64,000 bases of DNA from Phaeosaccion multiseriatum (GCA_965112735.1 OZ218950.1:1674001-1738000); one strand, 5' to 3'; counted from the stretch's first letter, positions 1 to 14,486 are shown. The notes: generated by a model from the letters alone, not told the origin. Program-made: numbers and translations.

Positions 1-1114
1 GCCACGAGGCCCTGTGCGGCGACGGCTAAGGAGTCGGCGCAGAAGGAGAGAAGGAGCCACAGCTGAGATGCCACCTGTGAAATTAAGAAGCGAATGAAAA
101 GAAACACCACCACATCGATAGTGAGAAAGAGAGGTACGGATATGATTAGTATCATAAACATTATCTTTACTTCGAGCTCATAAGCTCTAATGACATGCAC
201 CATGACTGACTTACTGACTTACTGACATACTGACATACTGACTAACTGACCTGATGGGCGGCGATGCTGAGGGGGCCGGAGTGTGCGGCGAAGCTGCTTG
301 CGGTGGTGAGGCAGGCCTGCAGGCAGAGCGTCCGCCCAAAGACAGCCCCAGAGGCGGTCAGCAGGGGCGAGAGCTCACCCCATGGCAGAGGCTCCAGAGA
401 GGGCCGAGCAGACACAGAAGTACTTGACACTGGGGCTGAGGCTGGAGAGGAGGAGGAGGAGGAGGAGGAGGAGGAGGAGGAGGAGGAGGAGGAGGAGGAG
501 GAGGAGGAGGAGGAGGAGGTGCCTTGCGAGAGGAGGAAGAGGAAGGTGAGGGCGGCGGTCCACTCCGCGCAGACGGTGGCGAGGGCCGCGCCGGGGGCTC
601 CCATGCCTAGGGTGAAGATGAACAGGGGGTCCTGATGATGATCGAGAGGGGTGATACAGGGGAGGGGAGCGGGATGGATGGACATTCATATGTATGGTAC
701 GAGGGGTGGGAGGCTGTCACTAACTTTAGGGAGTCAACCTAAGAATTACGTATTGTGTGTGAGTGTGTATGTGGGTGTGGTACGGAGAGGATACAAGGAT
801 AGGGTAGGTGCCAGAGTACGTGGAGAAAATAAGGCGCCGGAGTAGGTTGCAGACTGGTCAAACGACGGAGGCGAAGGAAGGTCTCAGTGAAGCCGGTGCG
901 AGTTGATCAAAGAGATATGGGAGGGAAGGCCTGGAGCCTATAGTAGGGCTGTCTGCCTGTCTCTCTATCTCTCTTGTGAACCGCGCATTCCACTGACTTA
1001 CAAGCGCGAAGTTTATAAGGTTGGCGAGCAGCGCGATGAAAAGGGGTGTCCTGTGGGTGCGTGGGATGGAGATGGCAGTGGACACGGTGGGCACAAATGG
1101 CGACAGAAAGACAC

Positions 1115-1156
<42 letters not shown>

Positions 1157-2445
1157 CAGACAGACAGACAGAAAGATAGATAGACAGATACACACAAGCG
1201 GTAGGAGCAGCAGCGGCGGCGGAGGAGAGAACGGGAATGAATCTCAAGAGGAAGAGGAGGGACTCGTTCGTTTAGTCGCGCAGCCTCCGGGGGGGGGGGG
1301 GGGGTTGGCAAGCAGACAGGCGCCACTCGCCATATCTTACTCTCATCAAGTCGTACATGTACATGAAACGGCAACTCTCATCAAGCCAAATCAATCAATC
1401 AGGTCCGGTCCGTATGACCAACTCTCCAACCGACGTACCTGGTGTCAAGGAAGCCTCGATAGGCGCCATTGCCCACAGAGATGAGCAGCACTGCCGGCGC
1501 CGCGAGGGCTCTAATACTGAGGTAGGCTCGAGCCTCCGCCGCATTGTGAGCGGTGGCACCCATGATGGACAGGATGCCACCCCCACACGTCTCGAGGAGC
1601 AAGACCATGACGAGTCCGAGCCCCACTGCCGCGGTTTGCAGGGAGCCGATGATGCGAGTAGCTGCAGCCTTGTCTCCCTTGGCGAGAGCATTGGCGACCA
1701 GAGGGGTGGGTACTGGGAGGGTGGAGAGGGAAGGGGGCGGGGGGGGTTATGGCGGGGTGTGGTTCCGTTGCCTCATGTGTCGGTGGGTAGGCAGGGATGG
1801 GTCTCTCTGATGGCATCGTGAGTCGCGAACGAAAGAGAGCTTTGAGGTGATGTTTTTTGTCAAAAGATGGATACAATACGGACCTGAAGCGAGGAAGTTG
1901 AAGATGTAGAAGCTGAAGGTGAAGATGTAGGTATTAAGCCCCATGGCCTCCAGTCCGAGCGGGGTCCCTAAGCGCCCCACGTAGGCCGTGTCCACCAAGG
2001 ACATTAAAGGGTCGATGGCCAGGGATATCAGCGCTGGGATTGCAATGGACAAGATGCGTTGGTTCAGAGAAGGAGGGGCAGCAGGCGCCTTGCTCACGTC
2101 TCCTGCAGCAGCCGCCAGTCTTTGCGTCCCATCTGCCTTCTCGAGAAGCTTCTGCCTCTCGCTGTCCAGGTCCTGGTGCTCTTGCGTTGTATCCCGCAAG
2201 ACATTCGGAACCCCCTTGCTGCCGTCTGGCCTCCGTTGCGCCTGCACCACGGACCCATAGCCCGTAGAACGAGTCGATGCCGGAAGTGGAAGTGGTGGAG
2301 TCATTATGATGCCCCTTTGACTCTGAGGCGCAACGAATGCAGACGTCGCACGCAGTTGCAGCACTAGCGACAGCAATTGCAAGGGTGTCAGCAAGGACTT
2401 GGGCTGCTGCGGCTTTCCCACCCCCCTCCTCCTTCTCCTTATCAT
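1..2445 (-). CDS. MATE (DinF/DTX-type) efflux transporter, multi-exon, 3' end outside window; probable plastid-targeting bipartite leader
   Basis: Spliced exons (~2445-1884, ~1711-1439, ~1051-1001, ~631-252, 74-1) give ILSIAIPALISLAIDPLMSLVDTAYVGRLG, ARAYLSIRALAAPAVLLISVGNGAYRGFLDT-RTPL, DPLFIFTLGMGAPGAALATVCAEW, IAAHQ-VASQLWLPFSFCADSLAVAAQGLV. N-term LLQLLSLVLQLRATSA|FVAP-like segment resembles the ASAFAP motif. Start may instead be the ATG at 2496. Confidence 0.9.
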
Positions 2446-2598
2446 CAAATTCCCTTCTGAAATAAAGGAAAAGGACTTCAGGGTAATGTACGTCATCTGT
2501 GAAGCTCACGTGTTGTGGTCCGGCCGGGCCTGCCTTTCCCGGATTGGTTCCACAAAAAACAGCAGCAGCAGACTACGAAGGAGTCAAAAACTTCACAC

Positions 2599-5500
2599 AT
2601 GGGTGCTCCAGGAAGAGGAGAAGGAGGAGGAGCGGGAGATGAAGCTGCTGTTGCCGCCACCGCTGCTGCTGACGCGATAGCGGCGGCGGTGGGAGACAAT
2701 ACGCATCTCGTGACAGTGGCAACGTGCAACTTGGACCAATGGGCCTTGGACTTTGACGGGAATTTGGATCGAGTACGACGGAGTATCCTCGAGGCGAAGG
2801 TATAGAATGGCTGTGAGGAAGAGAGAGCATTGCTTGCTTTCTTTATTCTCCTCCTATGCTCTACTCTGGCCTGACTGACGGGCTTGCCATCAATCGCTCG
2901 CTCGCCTCGCCAGTCTAAAGGCGCTCGCTATCGCCTTGGCCCCGAGCTCGAGCTGTGCGGCTACGGCTGCGAAGACCATTTCTTGGAGCAGGACACCTTC
3001 CTGCACTGTGACGAGAGCCTGGCCGAACTGCTACAGGGTAAGGAATTCTTTCTGCCGCATGCCCTGCCCTACCCTGCCCTGCCCTGCTCTGCCTTGCTCT
3101 ATCCTACTCTTCTCCGCTCAGCTTAGCTCCGCGCAGCTCTTCTTCTCACTGGATGAAATGTGCTCCGCGGTCGGCCCAGCCCAGACCCGGCTCTTGCTTT
3201 CCCACTGGGCTCTCGTCTGTTGTATCACCAACTGCTACGGCTGGTGGCTCTCTTCGCCCACTCTTTATCTTCGGGATGCCTCACCCCACACCCTACCCCA
3301 ACCCACACCATGTACTGCTGCCGTCCCTCCACTGCCACTGCAAAGACGACACCACACGCGACATCCTGTGCGACATCGGCATGCCCGTGCTGCACAACGG
3401 CGTTCGCTACAACTGTCGCGTGTACTGCCTGGATGGGAAGGTAGGGAAGGGCATGGGGGATAGTGGCTTACGGGTTGGGAAGGGAGGGAAGGGAGGCTAG
3501 TGACTCCCTAACTTAAGCTGTCTTGTCCTTGTGGGGAGGATAAGTGGACGCTTCGATAGGACCCTCCCTCTCCTCCCCACCCCCCTCTCTCCTCCTCCTC
3601 TCCCGCCCACCCCCTCTTCTTACCTCTCCCCCCCCCCCCCCCCCCCCCCCCATAGATTGTGCTCATTCGTCCCAAGCTGTTTATGGCGGACGATGGCAAC
3701 TACCGGGAGTCGCGCTACTTCAGCACTTGGAAGAAGCCCAACTCAGTTGCTTCGCACATGCTCTCTCCCTTGCTACAGAGAGCCACTGGGCAAGTGAAGG
3801 TAAGCGATCGAGCCTTGTGGCATTGGCCTAGGTGGGGTGGGGGAGATTAGGTGGGTTTGTTTCGTCAGTCGCCACAGAGTCATTGTTTGTGGTCACTTGC
3901 TAACGTGGTATGAATGGTGTGTGTGTGCGTGTGTATGTGTATGCGTGTATATGTGTGTGCGTGTGTGTGCATGTGTGTGCGTGTGCGTGTCCTTCCTTCA
4001 AGGTGCCCTTCGGGCAAGCCGCAGTGAGTGCCATGGACACGATGGTGGCTACGGAGACGTGTGAGGAGCTCTGGACCCCGAGGAGTCCGCACATCGAACA
4101 AAGGTACACGCACACACGCACGCTCGCACCCACACACCATACACGCATCCGCCCACCCGCACACGCACGCACCCACACACACATGCATCCTCTCTCTTCT
4201 TGTAGCCCCCTCACACGCCCAACTACACACTTTCACACACTGTCTCATTCACTGGCGTACACCAAACCATTCCATGACTTACAACACTCACAGCCTAGCA
4301 GGGGTGGAGATTCACGGCAATGGCAGCGGCTCGCATCACCAACTGCGCAAGCTGAGCGTGCGCTTTGACTACATACTTGCCGCCACCATGAAGTGCGGAG
4401 GGGTCTATCTCTACGCCAATCAGGTCCGTTTGGAAGGAAGGAGAGATGCATGGTGTCTGTAACGCCATTACACACGTACGCACACACGCACACTTTCACC
4501 CTCCTCGTGTGGGTACTCTTTGGGTATGACCACCTGCGCTACGACTGCTGTGTTCACCAACTGCTGTACCACCAACTCCTGTGCCTGTGTCTGTGTGACG
4601 AGTAGCGCGGCTGTGATGGAGGCAGGCTGTACTACGACGGTTGCGCTCTCATTGCGTGTAACGGCAAGGTGCTTGCTCAAGCCTCGCAGTTCTCACTCAA
4701 GGACGTGGAGGTGGTGACTGCAACCATTGACTTGCAGGACGTGAGAACGCACAGGGCTAGCTGCAGGTGAGTGAGGGGAGAGGAGGGGGAGGGGAGGGGA
4801 GGGAGGGAGGGAGGGAGGGAGGGAGGGAGGGAGGGAGGGAGGGAGGGAGGGACCCCACCCTCCTCCCTTTAATAGCCCCACTCTGCGCCTCAAGTGGCAT
4901 ATACGCTCTCGGCATCACACTTGACATATCTCCTCTCTATCTCCCTACCCCCCCCCCCTCTCTCTCTCACGCACACACATGTGCACACACAGCTCTCTGA
5001 TGGAGCAGAGCAGCCGTGTGGACCCCCTGCCGCTCGTGTCCCTGAACGACTTTTGGCTAACAGAGAGGCGTGTGGATCGCTTCATGGACAGGATACCCAC
5101 CCCCTCGGGAGAGCTTAGGATACACAGGTGACTGGCACTCCAACTGAAACTGGAACTGGAACTGGAACTGGAACTGGAACTGAACTGAGACTGAAGATGA
5201 GACTCGAGAGTGAGGCTGGGACTGAATACGCAAAGCCCAGAGGGGGATTCTATGCACTATGGAGCCCTCTTCCTCTCCTCTTTTCTTTGTGGCTCACAGT
5301 CCTCTGCCCCCCTACCCCCGGCCCAAAGTCCCGAGGAGGAGTGTGGAATGGGTCCTGCCTGCTGGCTGTGGGACTACCTCTGCCGCTCAGGTGAGCTTCC
5401 TCCATCCGTACATCGCCATTCTGACTCCACACACGCACACACACGCACACACACGCGCACACACACGCACACACACGCACACACACAAGCAAGTCGTGTC

Positions 5501-8098
5501 AGAATCATCACGATGACTTCCCATACATCCCCCCTCCCGCCTCCCCCCTCTCCTCCTCCCCACTCTCCTCCTCCTCCTCCTCCTCCTCCTCCTCCTCCTC
5601 CTCCTCCTCCTCCTCCTTCTCCTCCTCCTCCTCCTCCTCCTCCTCCTCCTTCTCCTCCTCCTCCTCCTCCTCCTCCTCCTCCTCCTCCCCCTCCCCCCCC
5701 CCCCATCTTTCCTCTGTCCCAGGCGCATCGGGCTACTTCCTACCCCTGTCAGGGGGTGCGGACTCCTCCTCCGTCGCTGCCATCTGTGGAGTGATGTGCC
5801 ACATGGCCGTGGAGGCTGCTCCCTCGGAGCCCAGGGTGGCAAGCAACGTACGCAGACTCATGGGTGAGTGAGTGAGTGAGTGAGTGAGTCAGTGCGTGCG
5901 TGTATTCGTGCGTGCGTGTATGCGTGCGTGCGTGCATGTGTGGTGCGTGTGTGTGTCCGTGCGTGTCTGAAAGACACCCCTGGCGACGATACAGCTCCTT
6001 GCCCGCTGCCCTCTCCCGCGTGGTGCTGGCCCCGACCCTGGCCTTGGCCCTGACCGTGACCTTGACCTGCACTGATTCTGACTCTTTGACTTCCCTCCTC
6101 CTCCCTCCTCCCTTCTCACCTCCTCTCACTTCTCCCCCTTCCTCTTCCCTTTCCCCTTTCTCTGCTCCTTCTTCCTCCTTCCCCTCCCTCCCCCCTCCCT
6201 CGTCCATTCCCCCCCCCCTTCCCCTCCCGTCTCCCCCACCCCCCTTCTTACCCCTTGCTTACATCACACATCCACACACACAGGTCTCTCTAAAGAGGAC
6301 CCGCTACCGCACAATGCCTCACAGCTGGCTGAATGCGTCCTCCATACCACCTACATGGGCACTGAGAACAGCAGCAAAGCCACCAACTCGAGAGCCCGTC
6401 TGCTGGCAGGGGAGATCGGCGCTTATCACTGCAGCGTCAGCATCGACATGATGGTGAAGGCGGTGGTGGGCTGCTTTGAGCTGCTCACCGGCAAGATACC
6501 GCGCTTCAGCTGCGACGGTGGCGCTGACAGAGAGGACCTGGCCTTGCAGAACATCCAGGTCAGTTGGTCAGTTGGTCAGTTTGTCAGTTTGTCGGTTGGT
6601 CAGTTTGTCGGTCGGTGGGTTGGTTGGTTGGTTGGTTGGGTGGGTGGTTGGGTGGTTGCGTGGTTTGATGTGGCTTGCTTGCTTCTTTGGTTGGTTGGCT
6701 GGTTGGTTGGTTGGTTGGCTGGTTGGTTGGTTGGTTGGTTGGTTGGTTGGTTGCTACTTGCTTGCCTGATTATTGCTTTGGTTTGGCGAGCTTGCTCGCT
6801 TCGCATCAACCACTCCCTCCCCTATATATATATATATATATCCCCCCCAGGCACGCCTACGGATGGTCCTATCCTATGTGCTGGCCCAGCTGCTGCCGTG
6901 GGTGCGTGGCAGGGGGGGCTTCCTGCTGGTGCTGAGCTCAGCCAATGTGGACGAGGCTCTGAGAGGCTACATGACTAAGTACGACTGCAGCAGCGCAGAC
7001 CTCAACCCCATAGGTTAGTTAGAGGCCTATGGGTGACGGCTAGCTAGACGCATAGGGCGGGATGGAACGACCCCATGGCCTTCGGTGGGTGGGCTTCTTT
7101 GGCGCTCTTCACCTCCAATCCCCCATCCCTCTAACCCCCTCCTCTCTCTCTCTTGTCTCTCACAGGAGCCATCAGCAAAGTGGATCTGAAACGCCTTCTC
7201 CGCTGGGCCGCCGAGCGCTTTGGCTACGGCACACTCAAGTCGGTGGTGGAGGCACCCCCTACGGCAGAGCTCAGACCGATGGTCGCCAATGGCAATGGGG
7301 GGGGGGATGGGGACGGGGCGGAGGAAGAGGGGGAAGGGGAGCACTCACAGACAGACGAGGTGAGTGGAGAGAGGAGGAGGGAGGAAAGAGGAGGGGAGCC
7401 TTTTGTATAGAAGAGACAGACCCAGAGCCCTTATGGTGTGGTGTGGTGTGGCTGCTGCTCGTCTTCCCTCGTGTCCTTTGTTGCTTTGGTCGTCGTGTGT
7501 GTGTGCGTGTGCTCTGTATCCACTGCCATCTTCACTGCCATCCACTCCACCCCAACCACTACCATGCACTGCCATCCCCCCCCAGGAGGACATGGGCATG
7601 ACGTACGAGGAGCTGAGCCACTTCGGCACCATCCGCAAGATTGGGCACGCCGGTCCGGTCACGATGTACAAGAAGCTGCTCGTGTTGTGGCACCACTTGT
7701 CGCCATCTGTTGTGGCCGAGAAGGTCAAGCGCTTCTTCTTCTTCTACTCGGTCAACCGCCACAAGCTCACCACACTCACGCCTTCCTACCATGCCGAGTC
7801 ATACTCCCCGGATGACAATCGATTTGATCTCCGCCCCTTTCTGTACAATGCCAAGTGGAGCAGACAGTTTAGAGACATTGACCGCATCTCCAGGCAGGCG
7901 CTCGAGGTCGGCAGTCGAGTGAGCACTCGAGCGACCAGTGGCGTGAGTAGTAGTAGCAGCAGTAGCAGCAGCAGCGGTACTGCAGCAGTTGGTGCTACAG
8001 CTGGAGCTGGGGCTGGTGTTGGTGTTGGTGTCGCGGCCTCTGGGGTGGGCAAGGTCGGGAAGGAAGGCGCGCTGCGCCGGGGTATGCCTGTGATCTAA
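2599..8098 (+). CDS. NADSYN1: Glutamine-dependent NAD(+) synthetase (CN-hydrolase + NAD synthase domains), ~13 exons
   Basis: [188 protein letters not shown]; the exons join in frame at GT-AG junctions. Confidence 0.96.
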
Positions 8099-8609
8099 CG
8101 AACACACAGCCCCGCAATCTATCTATAGGCAAGACCCGCTCTACCTGAAACAAGCCAAAGAGCTACCACCACCGTGAGGTGTGCCTTTCCAACCTTGCCA
8201 CTCGAGCGGACGACTCAGCCATGGCATGCGTGCCCCTGATGATGTGATAAGTGGCAAGCAGGAGGAGCAAGCAGGGGCCCAGCACGTTCCCTTGAGCCTT
8301 GGGGTCGGGATCGGAGCAGCAACAGGAGGAGGAGGAGGAGGAGGAGGAGGAGGAGGAGGAGGAAGAAAAAGACTGTGGTAGCAAGCTATACCTTGGCAAG
8401 CAGGTAACAAATTGTTTCGTCCATTTGCTCTTTAAAATTAGTGTACATACATGTTTGATTCACCCCCCATTCCTTTTACTGCTGGTGTGGTGCCATGATC
8501 CACACAATGGGTGGGCTCATGGCTGAAATATACAGGGGTCAAAGTGAGGAGAACTGCCAGTGCGTGACTCGCTCACAGACGTACAAGAGGTGAGCATGTC
8601 GTCATGTAC

Positions 8610-9588
8610 TCAGTGCATCTCTCCCCACGCACTCTTCGATCTTACACCACACTCGCTACACACGAGGGCAGCAAGAACTGAGCTAATTGCGCCCCCCCCC
8701 CCCCCCCGCCCCGCCTCCGACCAAGCTTCGCCTCCCCCCCTCCTTCCCCACCCTCCCACCCCTTCTGGGACGGATGAGGGGTCAGGACAGCACTCGTACA
8801 GAGATTCTCTGGGAGGAGCCGAGCAGAAGCAGAAGCTTCTGAAACGTTCCAAGTCTTTAGCTGTGCGCTCCACCCCCCTACCCCTGTTTCCCTGTACATT
8901 GCCTGCTCTGTACCATAAGTGGTACACTCCCTGCCTGTTGGCTCTTGAGAGAGACCTAAACCCGTTCCCCCTGTAACGCCAAACGTATTTTTAATAGAAA
9001 AAAAAGCAGATCGGGTGTGGTGCGGTGTACTGGTTGTTCATGCATCCATCTTCACACCCCCATGGCGCCATCGCCATTGCCACTCTCCTTCACGGCCGCC
9101 ATTTTCTCCATTCTCTCCCGCTGCGCCGCCCTCCGCAGCTCTTCCCTCTCGACACGTCCTCTGGCAGAATCATCCACTCCCACGGCCAGGGCGCCGCTCT
9201 GCAGCCCCCCCTTCCCCTTTCTCTTGTCCTTGCCCTGCTGGCTTCTCGCCTGCCTCCTCTGGACCTTCTCCTGACGGATAGCGGACATCTCGACCCGCTG
9301 CTGGACGGTCTCCTCGTTTGCTGCTCCCATTAGGCTTGCCTTGGCGTCCTCCTTCTCCTCCTCCGACTCCTCATCAAAGAGATCTCCCACGTCGAGGTGG
9401 CGCTCTCCCCGCTGCCTGTAGATGCCCCCATTAGGCAAATCCCATCCCTTTGCCAAGCGAACCGCCACCACTTCGTCGTCCTTCCGCTTCTCGTCGCGCT
9501 TCTGCCGCGCCGGGAAAAGTTTGTACGCGGACGCGGTGGAAATTATCAAGATGATGAGTTGCAGCACTACGAAGAAAGAGGCGTGCAT
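8610..9588 (-). CDS. Hypothetical protein with N-terminal signal peptide (at least 2 exons; 3' end uncertain)
   Basis: ATG 9588 MHASFFVVLQLIILIISTASA|YKLF is followed by a charged/coiled region. A plausible intron ~9055-8971 joins it in frame to ORF 8610-8970 (GVYHLWYRAGNVQG...FCFC...ECC). No recognisable family. Confidence 0.55.
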
Positions 9589-9780
9589 GGCTTTGTATAT
9601 ATTCTTTTTTCTTTTCTTTTTTAGTTCAATCAACAATCAACCCGTTAGAGCGCCAACAAGCTGAAACGCAAACGAATTGCTTGAGCTCGGGCTCATTCTC
9701 AATCCTGGATCATCACATCATTTTAGCAAAGCCCAAGCAAGGCAAACACACCACAAGAGACAGAGTATTACAAGTTCATC

Positions 9781-10213
9781 ATGCTCAGACTTACGCAGGG
9801 AGTGGCGGCGGGCGTGCGCGGAATAGACAGGTAGGCATGGTTCTGTGGCTCCAGCTCTGGAGGGCTGTGGGGTGACGGGAAGGACGTGGTGGGCGAGAGA
9901 CGGCGGGAGCGAGGCGGTAGGGAGGGAGGGAGGTCTTCTCCATGGAATTGCTGCAGGTGGAAGTGGGGAATGAATGAGCGGAGCGTAGATGCGGGGAGTC
10001 CAGACGCAGAACCCCCGAAAGGAGAGAGGGACTAGGGAGGGGGGGCGGAGAGTGCGGAGTGTTGGGAGCAGACGCTTGACCCAAGCAGCAGCAGCATATT
10101 ACAACCCAGAAGGAGCTTCAGCCCCCTTCTGTCGCGTAGGCACCTTATGGGAGCTGGGGGCTGATATGTTGTCTCCCCACCCACCCTCCCTGCTCTCGTG
10201 CCTCTCCACGTCA

Positions 10214-10244
<31 letters not shown>

Positions 10245-11195
10245 GCGCGCAGCGTGGCCGCGACACGGGCGGGGCTGGTGCGTATGTACCACGAGAATAT
10301 CGTCGACCACTACGAGAACCCGCGAAACGTGGGCAGCCTCGACAAGAAAGACGTCAATGTCGGCACGGTGAGTGGGACTAGACAGGGCTGCGGTAAATGG
10401 AGACGGACGACCAGATAATCCACCCCATCCAGTGGCTGTACACTATTCGCTACTTCTGCGGACAGTCGCATACGGCCTGGTCCTCCTCCCAACACCCCCC
10501 TCCGCCCATGACATTTCCATCCACCTCTACCTACTTACCCACCTCCCTCCCTCCCTCCCTCCCTCCCTCCAGGGCGTGGTGGGGGCCCCTGCCTGCGGTG
10601 ACGTGATGAAGCTGCAGATCCTCGTCGACGAGGACGGAATCATCACAGAGACCAAGTTCAAGACCTTCGGCTGCGGCAGCGCCATCGCCAGCAGCAGGTG
10701 TGTGGATGGGTGGCAGGGAGGGAGGGCGGGTGTATGAAGATGATATTTATGAACTTGCCCAGTGTTCTTTATCGTCGTGGACGAACTTGCGTCCGTTCCC
10801 CTCCTCCTCTCCTCCCCTCCTCATCTCGCCGTGTCGACCTCCGCAGCTCCCCCCCCTCCCTTTTGACCCCACGCCCAAACAAACACAACTACCAGCGTCC
10901 CCTCCCCACTCCCCTCACCGCTTCGGCCCTCCCCCCCCCCCCCTCCCCTCCCCATAACCCACAACCACCGTAACGAACGCACCCACCCCCACACATCCTC
11001 ACTCCCAGTGTGGCGACGGAGTGGCTGAAGGGCAAGAGCCTGGATGACTCTCTGAAGATCAAGAACACGGACCTCGCCTCACATCTCAAGCTTCCCCCTG
11101 TCAAGCTCCACTGCAGCATGTTGGCGGAGGATGCCGTCAAGGCGGCGGTGAAGGACTACAGAGCCAAGAAGGCCGCCGCGGCAGGGTCGGCATAG
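9781..11195 (+). CDS. ISCU: Mitochondrial Fe-S cluster scaffold IscU/ISU1, 4 exons
   Basis: MLRLTQG... presequence; MYHENIVDHYENPRNVGSLDK; GVVGAPACGDVMKLQI; KFKTFGCGSAIASSS; LKLPPVKLHCSMLAEDAVKAAV (three Cys ligands and LPPVK motif). Exons ~9781-9830, 10244-10367, 10573-10696, 11009-11195. Confidence 0.97.
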
Positions 11196-11500
11196 GCAGG
11201 CATACAGTGGCAAAAGAGGAGGCATATGCGTGATCGAGGCTTGCGCTGAGGGAGAAGGAGCGGGAAAGGGTGGGCAACGGAGAAGGAGAGGGGGTGGGCA
11301 TCGGCGAGAGAGTGACCCAGGGGGGGAGGAGCACGCTGGAGTGGGAAAGGAGTGGGCGTTGTGGGCGGTTTGTGGGCCAGTGTCCGCGCCGTGGAGGGGG
11401 AACTGGCACGGTGGATGTGTGTGCAGTGTTGGGTTTGGTGGTGGTGGCGATGGTGACACGAAGAGAGGCCTGATATGAGGAAGGGCATGGGCGTTGGACG

Positions 11501-11535
<35 letters not shown>

Positions 11536-12298
11536 AGATTGAGAAAGAGAGAGGGACAGGGTTCGCTTAAGCAAGGCACGAGTCTTGCTGCCTACGCGAA
11601 CAGTGGTGACCAGGCAGCAGCATCAGCAGTTGGAGATACAGGTGACGCGCACCGGTGGGAATTGTCAGCGACGTAAGGCATAGGAGAGGAGAGGACCGGC
11701 CCAGAGGCGGGCAGGCAGGGACGGACAGACAGGGGCGGGCATGCAGGGGCGGAGTCCTCGTAACCTCCCTTGGCGTGGGAGCACACAGCGTTGGGAGCAC
11801 GCGCGAGGAGCCGCCAGGTTGCTGCTTGACATGCTTGACATGGACTGAAATGCGGGAGAGGGGCGTAGAGGGCGGAGGGCCCACCCTCGAGTGTACATAA
11901 AGGGTATCGTAGCATAGCATGGTGTAGTATAGAATTACATCTCGGCAGGGGGAGGGAGAAGGGAGGGGAGATGGCCTGGGCACAAGCCGTGCGTGTGAAA
12001 CGCAGAGTGAGAGCCAGACCGGGCAATTCCTCAAGGATTCTGCAACCAAAGGCCTTCCCCTACTAGGAAGAGGCCATTTATGTATAATAAGTAGAGGCAG
12101 TTCACTTCAGTGCCATTAAACCTTCAACTGATATCAGTCCCTTGACCCCGTTATCGATCCGGAGTACTACAGAAGTACTATACAGTGCGTGAGCACGTGA
12201 GTAAGCGCATGAGTGCGTTCGTTGCGAACGGGGATGGATGGAAAGGTCGTCTACTGGAACTGAAACTGAACCTGAACCTGAACCCTTTTTACCTACTT

Positions 12299-13404
12299 CT
12301 ACATGATACCGAGCTCCTCTGAGGAGTGTGTGTCGCTGAGGTCAGCATAGTCACTATCGTCGTCCTCATCGCTCAGTCCAAAGCCCCTCCCACTCGTGGC
12401 CAGGGCCATTTCACCCGCTGCTGGCGACGACGGTAGCGAGTGGTGATCCTCTTCCTCCTTCTCCTTGTTCTTGTCCTGCGACCCACCCGTCTGCCGGGGG
12501 GAAGTAGCAGTAGTTGTTGGTGAAGGTGCAGCGCCCCCAGCAGCAGCAGCAGCAGCAGCAGTAGCAGCAACAGGAGCAGTCGTAGTCGTAGTAGCAGCAG
12601 TAGCAGCTGCAGTCTTGCTATCTTCCTTTGCAAGTGGCAGAGCAAGCGCGGGAACAGCACCACGAGCAACACGAGCGCCAACAACAACAACGTCCTTGCC
12701 GGAAGCAACACCTTCCCCAGTAGCAGCCCGTTGAGTCACGCCCTTTCCTCCTCCCCCCTTGCTCTTGCTCTTGTCCTTGGTACCCTCCTCCTCCTCCTCC
12801 TCCTCCTCCTCCTCCTCCTCCTCCTCCTCCTCCTCCTCCTCCTCCTCCTCCTCCTCCTCCCCCTCTTCCCCATCCTGTGACGCTGTCGCGGCTGAGGTAC
12901 CGGCCTTCACAGTCTTAGGGTCTGCGGCTGCTCCCACGACCTCCTCCGCTCCCGTATCACCAACTGCTGTCCTTGTTTCTCCTACCCCCTCTGCTTCCTC
13001 TGCTGCCGCTTCGCTGGCCAGGAGGGCCTCTAGTGCCTGTGCTGCCTCTGCTGCTTGTGCCACTGCTGCTTCTGCCTCTGCCGCTACCGCTGCTGGAGTG
13101 GCCGCGGCCCCTGCTGCCCGGGTTGCAACTGCATCTGCTGCATCCTCGGCTTCTTGCTGCTCCTGCTTCTGCTCCTGCTCGTGCTCCAACCTATATCTCT
13201 CCCTCTCCGCTGCCTCCGTGGCTCTATCTTCTTCTTCCTCCGCTATTGCCGCGATTGCTTCTGCTGCTTCTGCTGCTTCTGCGGCTCTCTCTGCTTCTGC
13301 GGCCTCCATTGCTCTCTCTGCTTCCGCTTCTTCCTCCGCCTCTTCCGCAGCGGCTGCGGCTGCTTCTTCCTCCGCTACTGCTTCCGCTACTTCTTCTTCT
13401 GCTA

Positions 13405-13444
<40 letters not shown>

Positions 13445-14486
13445 TTCTTCTGCTGCTGTTACCTTCGCCGCAGTAGCTGCCCCAAACTCGTCGCTCCGCA
13501 ACGCCCCCGCACCAGATGCAAAAGGCTTGCTTTCCGACCCGTCAAGTGCCTTCGCTTGCTCGAGGATACCGCCCCTCCCTCCTCCAAAGCCTATGCGCCC
13601 TTCGGTCTCTTGCCCTGCTTGGGTCTCCTCCAGCACACCCAAGAGCTCCTCCTCCCTCTCTCGGCTTGCCTGGAGCTCCTCCTTCAACTCGCTTATTTCC
13701 TCCATCAGAGCCCTTTCTTGCAGCACCATCGTCTGGGGTGGGGGAACGGCAAATTGATGAAGTCAGTGAATGGGGTGGTGTTAGGGAGGTGCACATGATC
13801 AGACGACCCGCACCACACACTTTCAGTTTCTTAGATGACTCCTGTAAGTCAATGCTCATAGTATATGGATCCAGGAATGCAGGTCAGAGTGTGCAAAGTG
13901 GACGAAGTGGCCAAGCATAGTGTGATGAGTGCGAGTGAGCGAGCGCGTCTTGTCTAGCGTGTTTGCCTTTGGTCTCTCACCACCCTCATGCACGCATATA
14001 CGCACGCTCCCACCCCCTTCCACACATACACCAGCACATGTACATACGCATCCATAAACCCCCACACGCACCCACACACGCACCCACACACGCACCCACA
14101 CACGCGCGCACCCACGCACTCACCTCCTTCCACACAGCCACCTGCGCCTGCGCCCGCCCTACCAAATCCTCCAGCGGCGCCTTGCCCTTGTCCTTGCTGC
14201 CAAGTGGGGCTGCTGTTGTATCACCAACTGCTGTGGCTCTTTGACCGGCCGCTCGGCGATCGAGAGGAGTGGCCTCACTCAGCAAGTGCTGCAGCCTCGA
14301 GCGAAGGACCTCGTCGTCCTTCCCCCTCTGACTCACGAGCGTCTCTCCCTCGGCCCGGAGTCTCTCCACCTTGAGAAGAGCGGCGTCTCGCTCCTGCTCC
14401 AACCCGGTGAGCTGCATTTGGAGCCCTTCCATCGCGTCCTTGTGCTGCTGTATCACCAACTGCTCTAGCTGCTGCTTCTCCTCCTC

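Noticed and set aside
12759-13757. Long + strand ORFs (332, 247, 167 aa)
   Set aside because: Antisense shadows of the low-complexity last exon of the minus-strand coiled-coil gene
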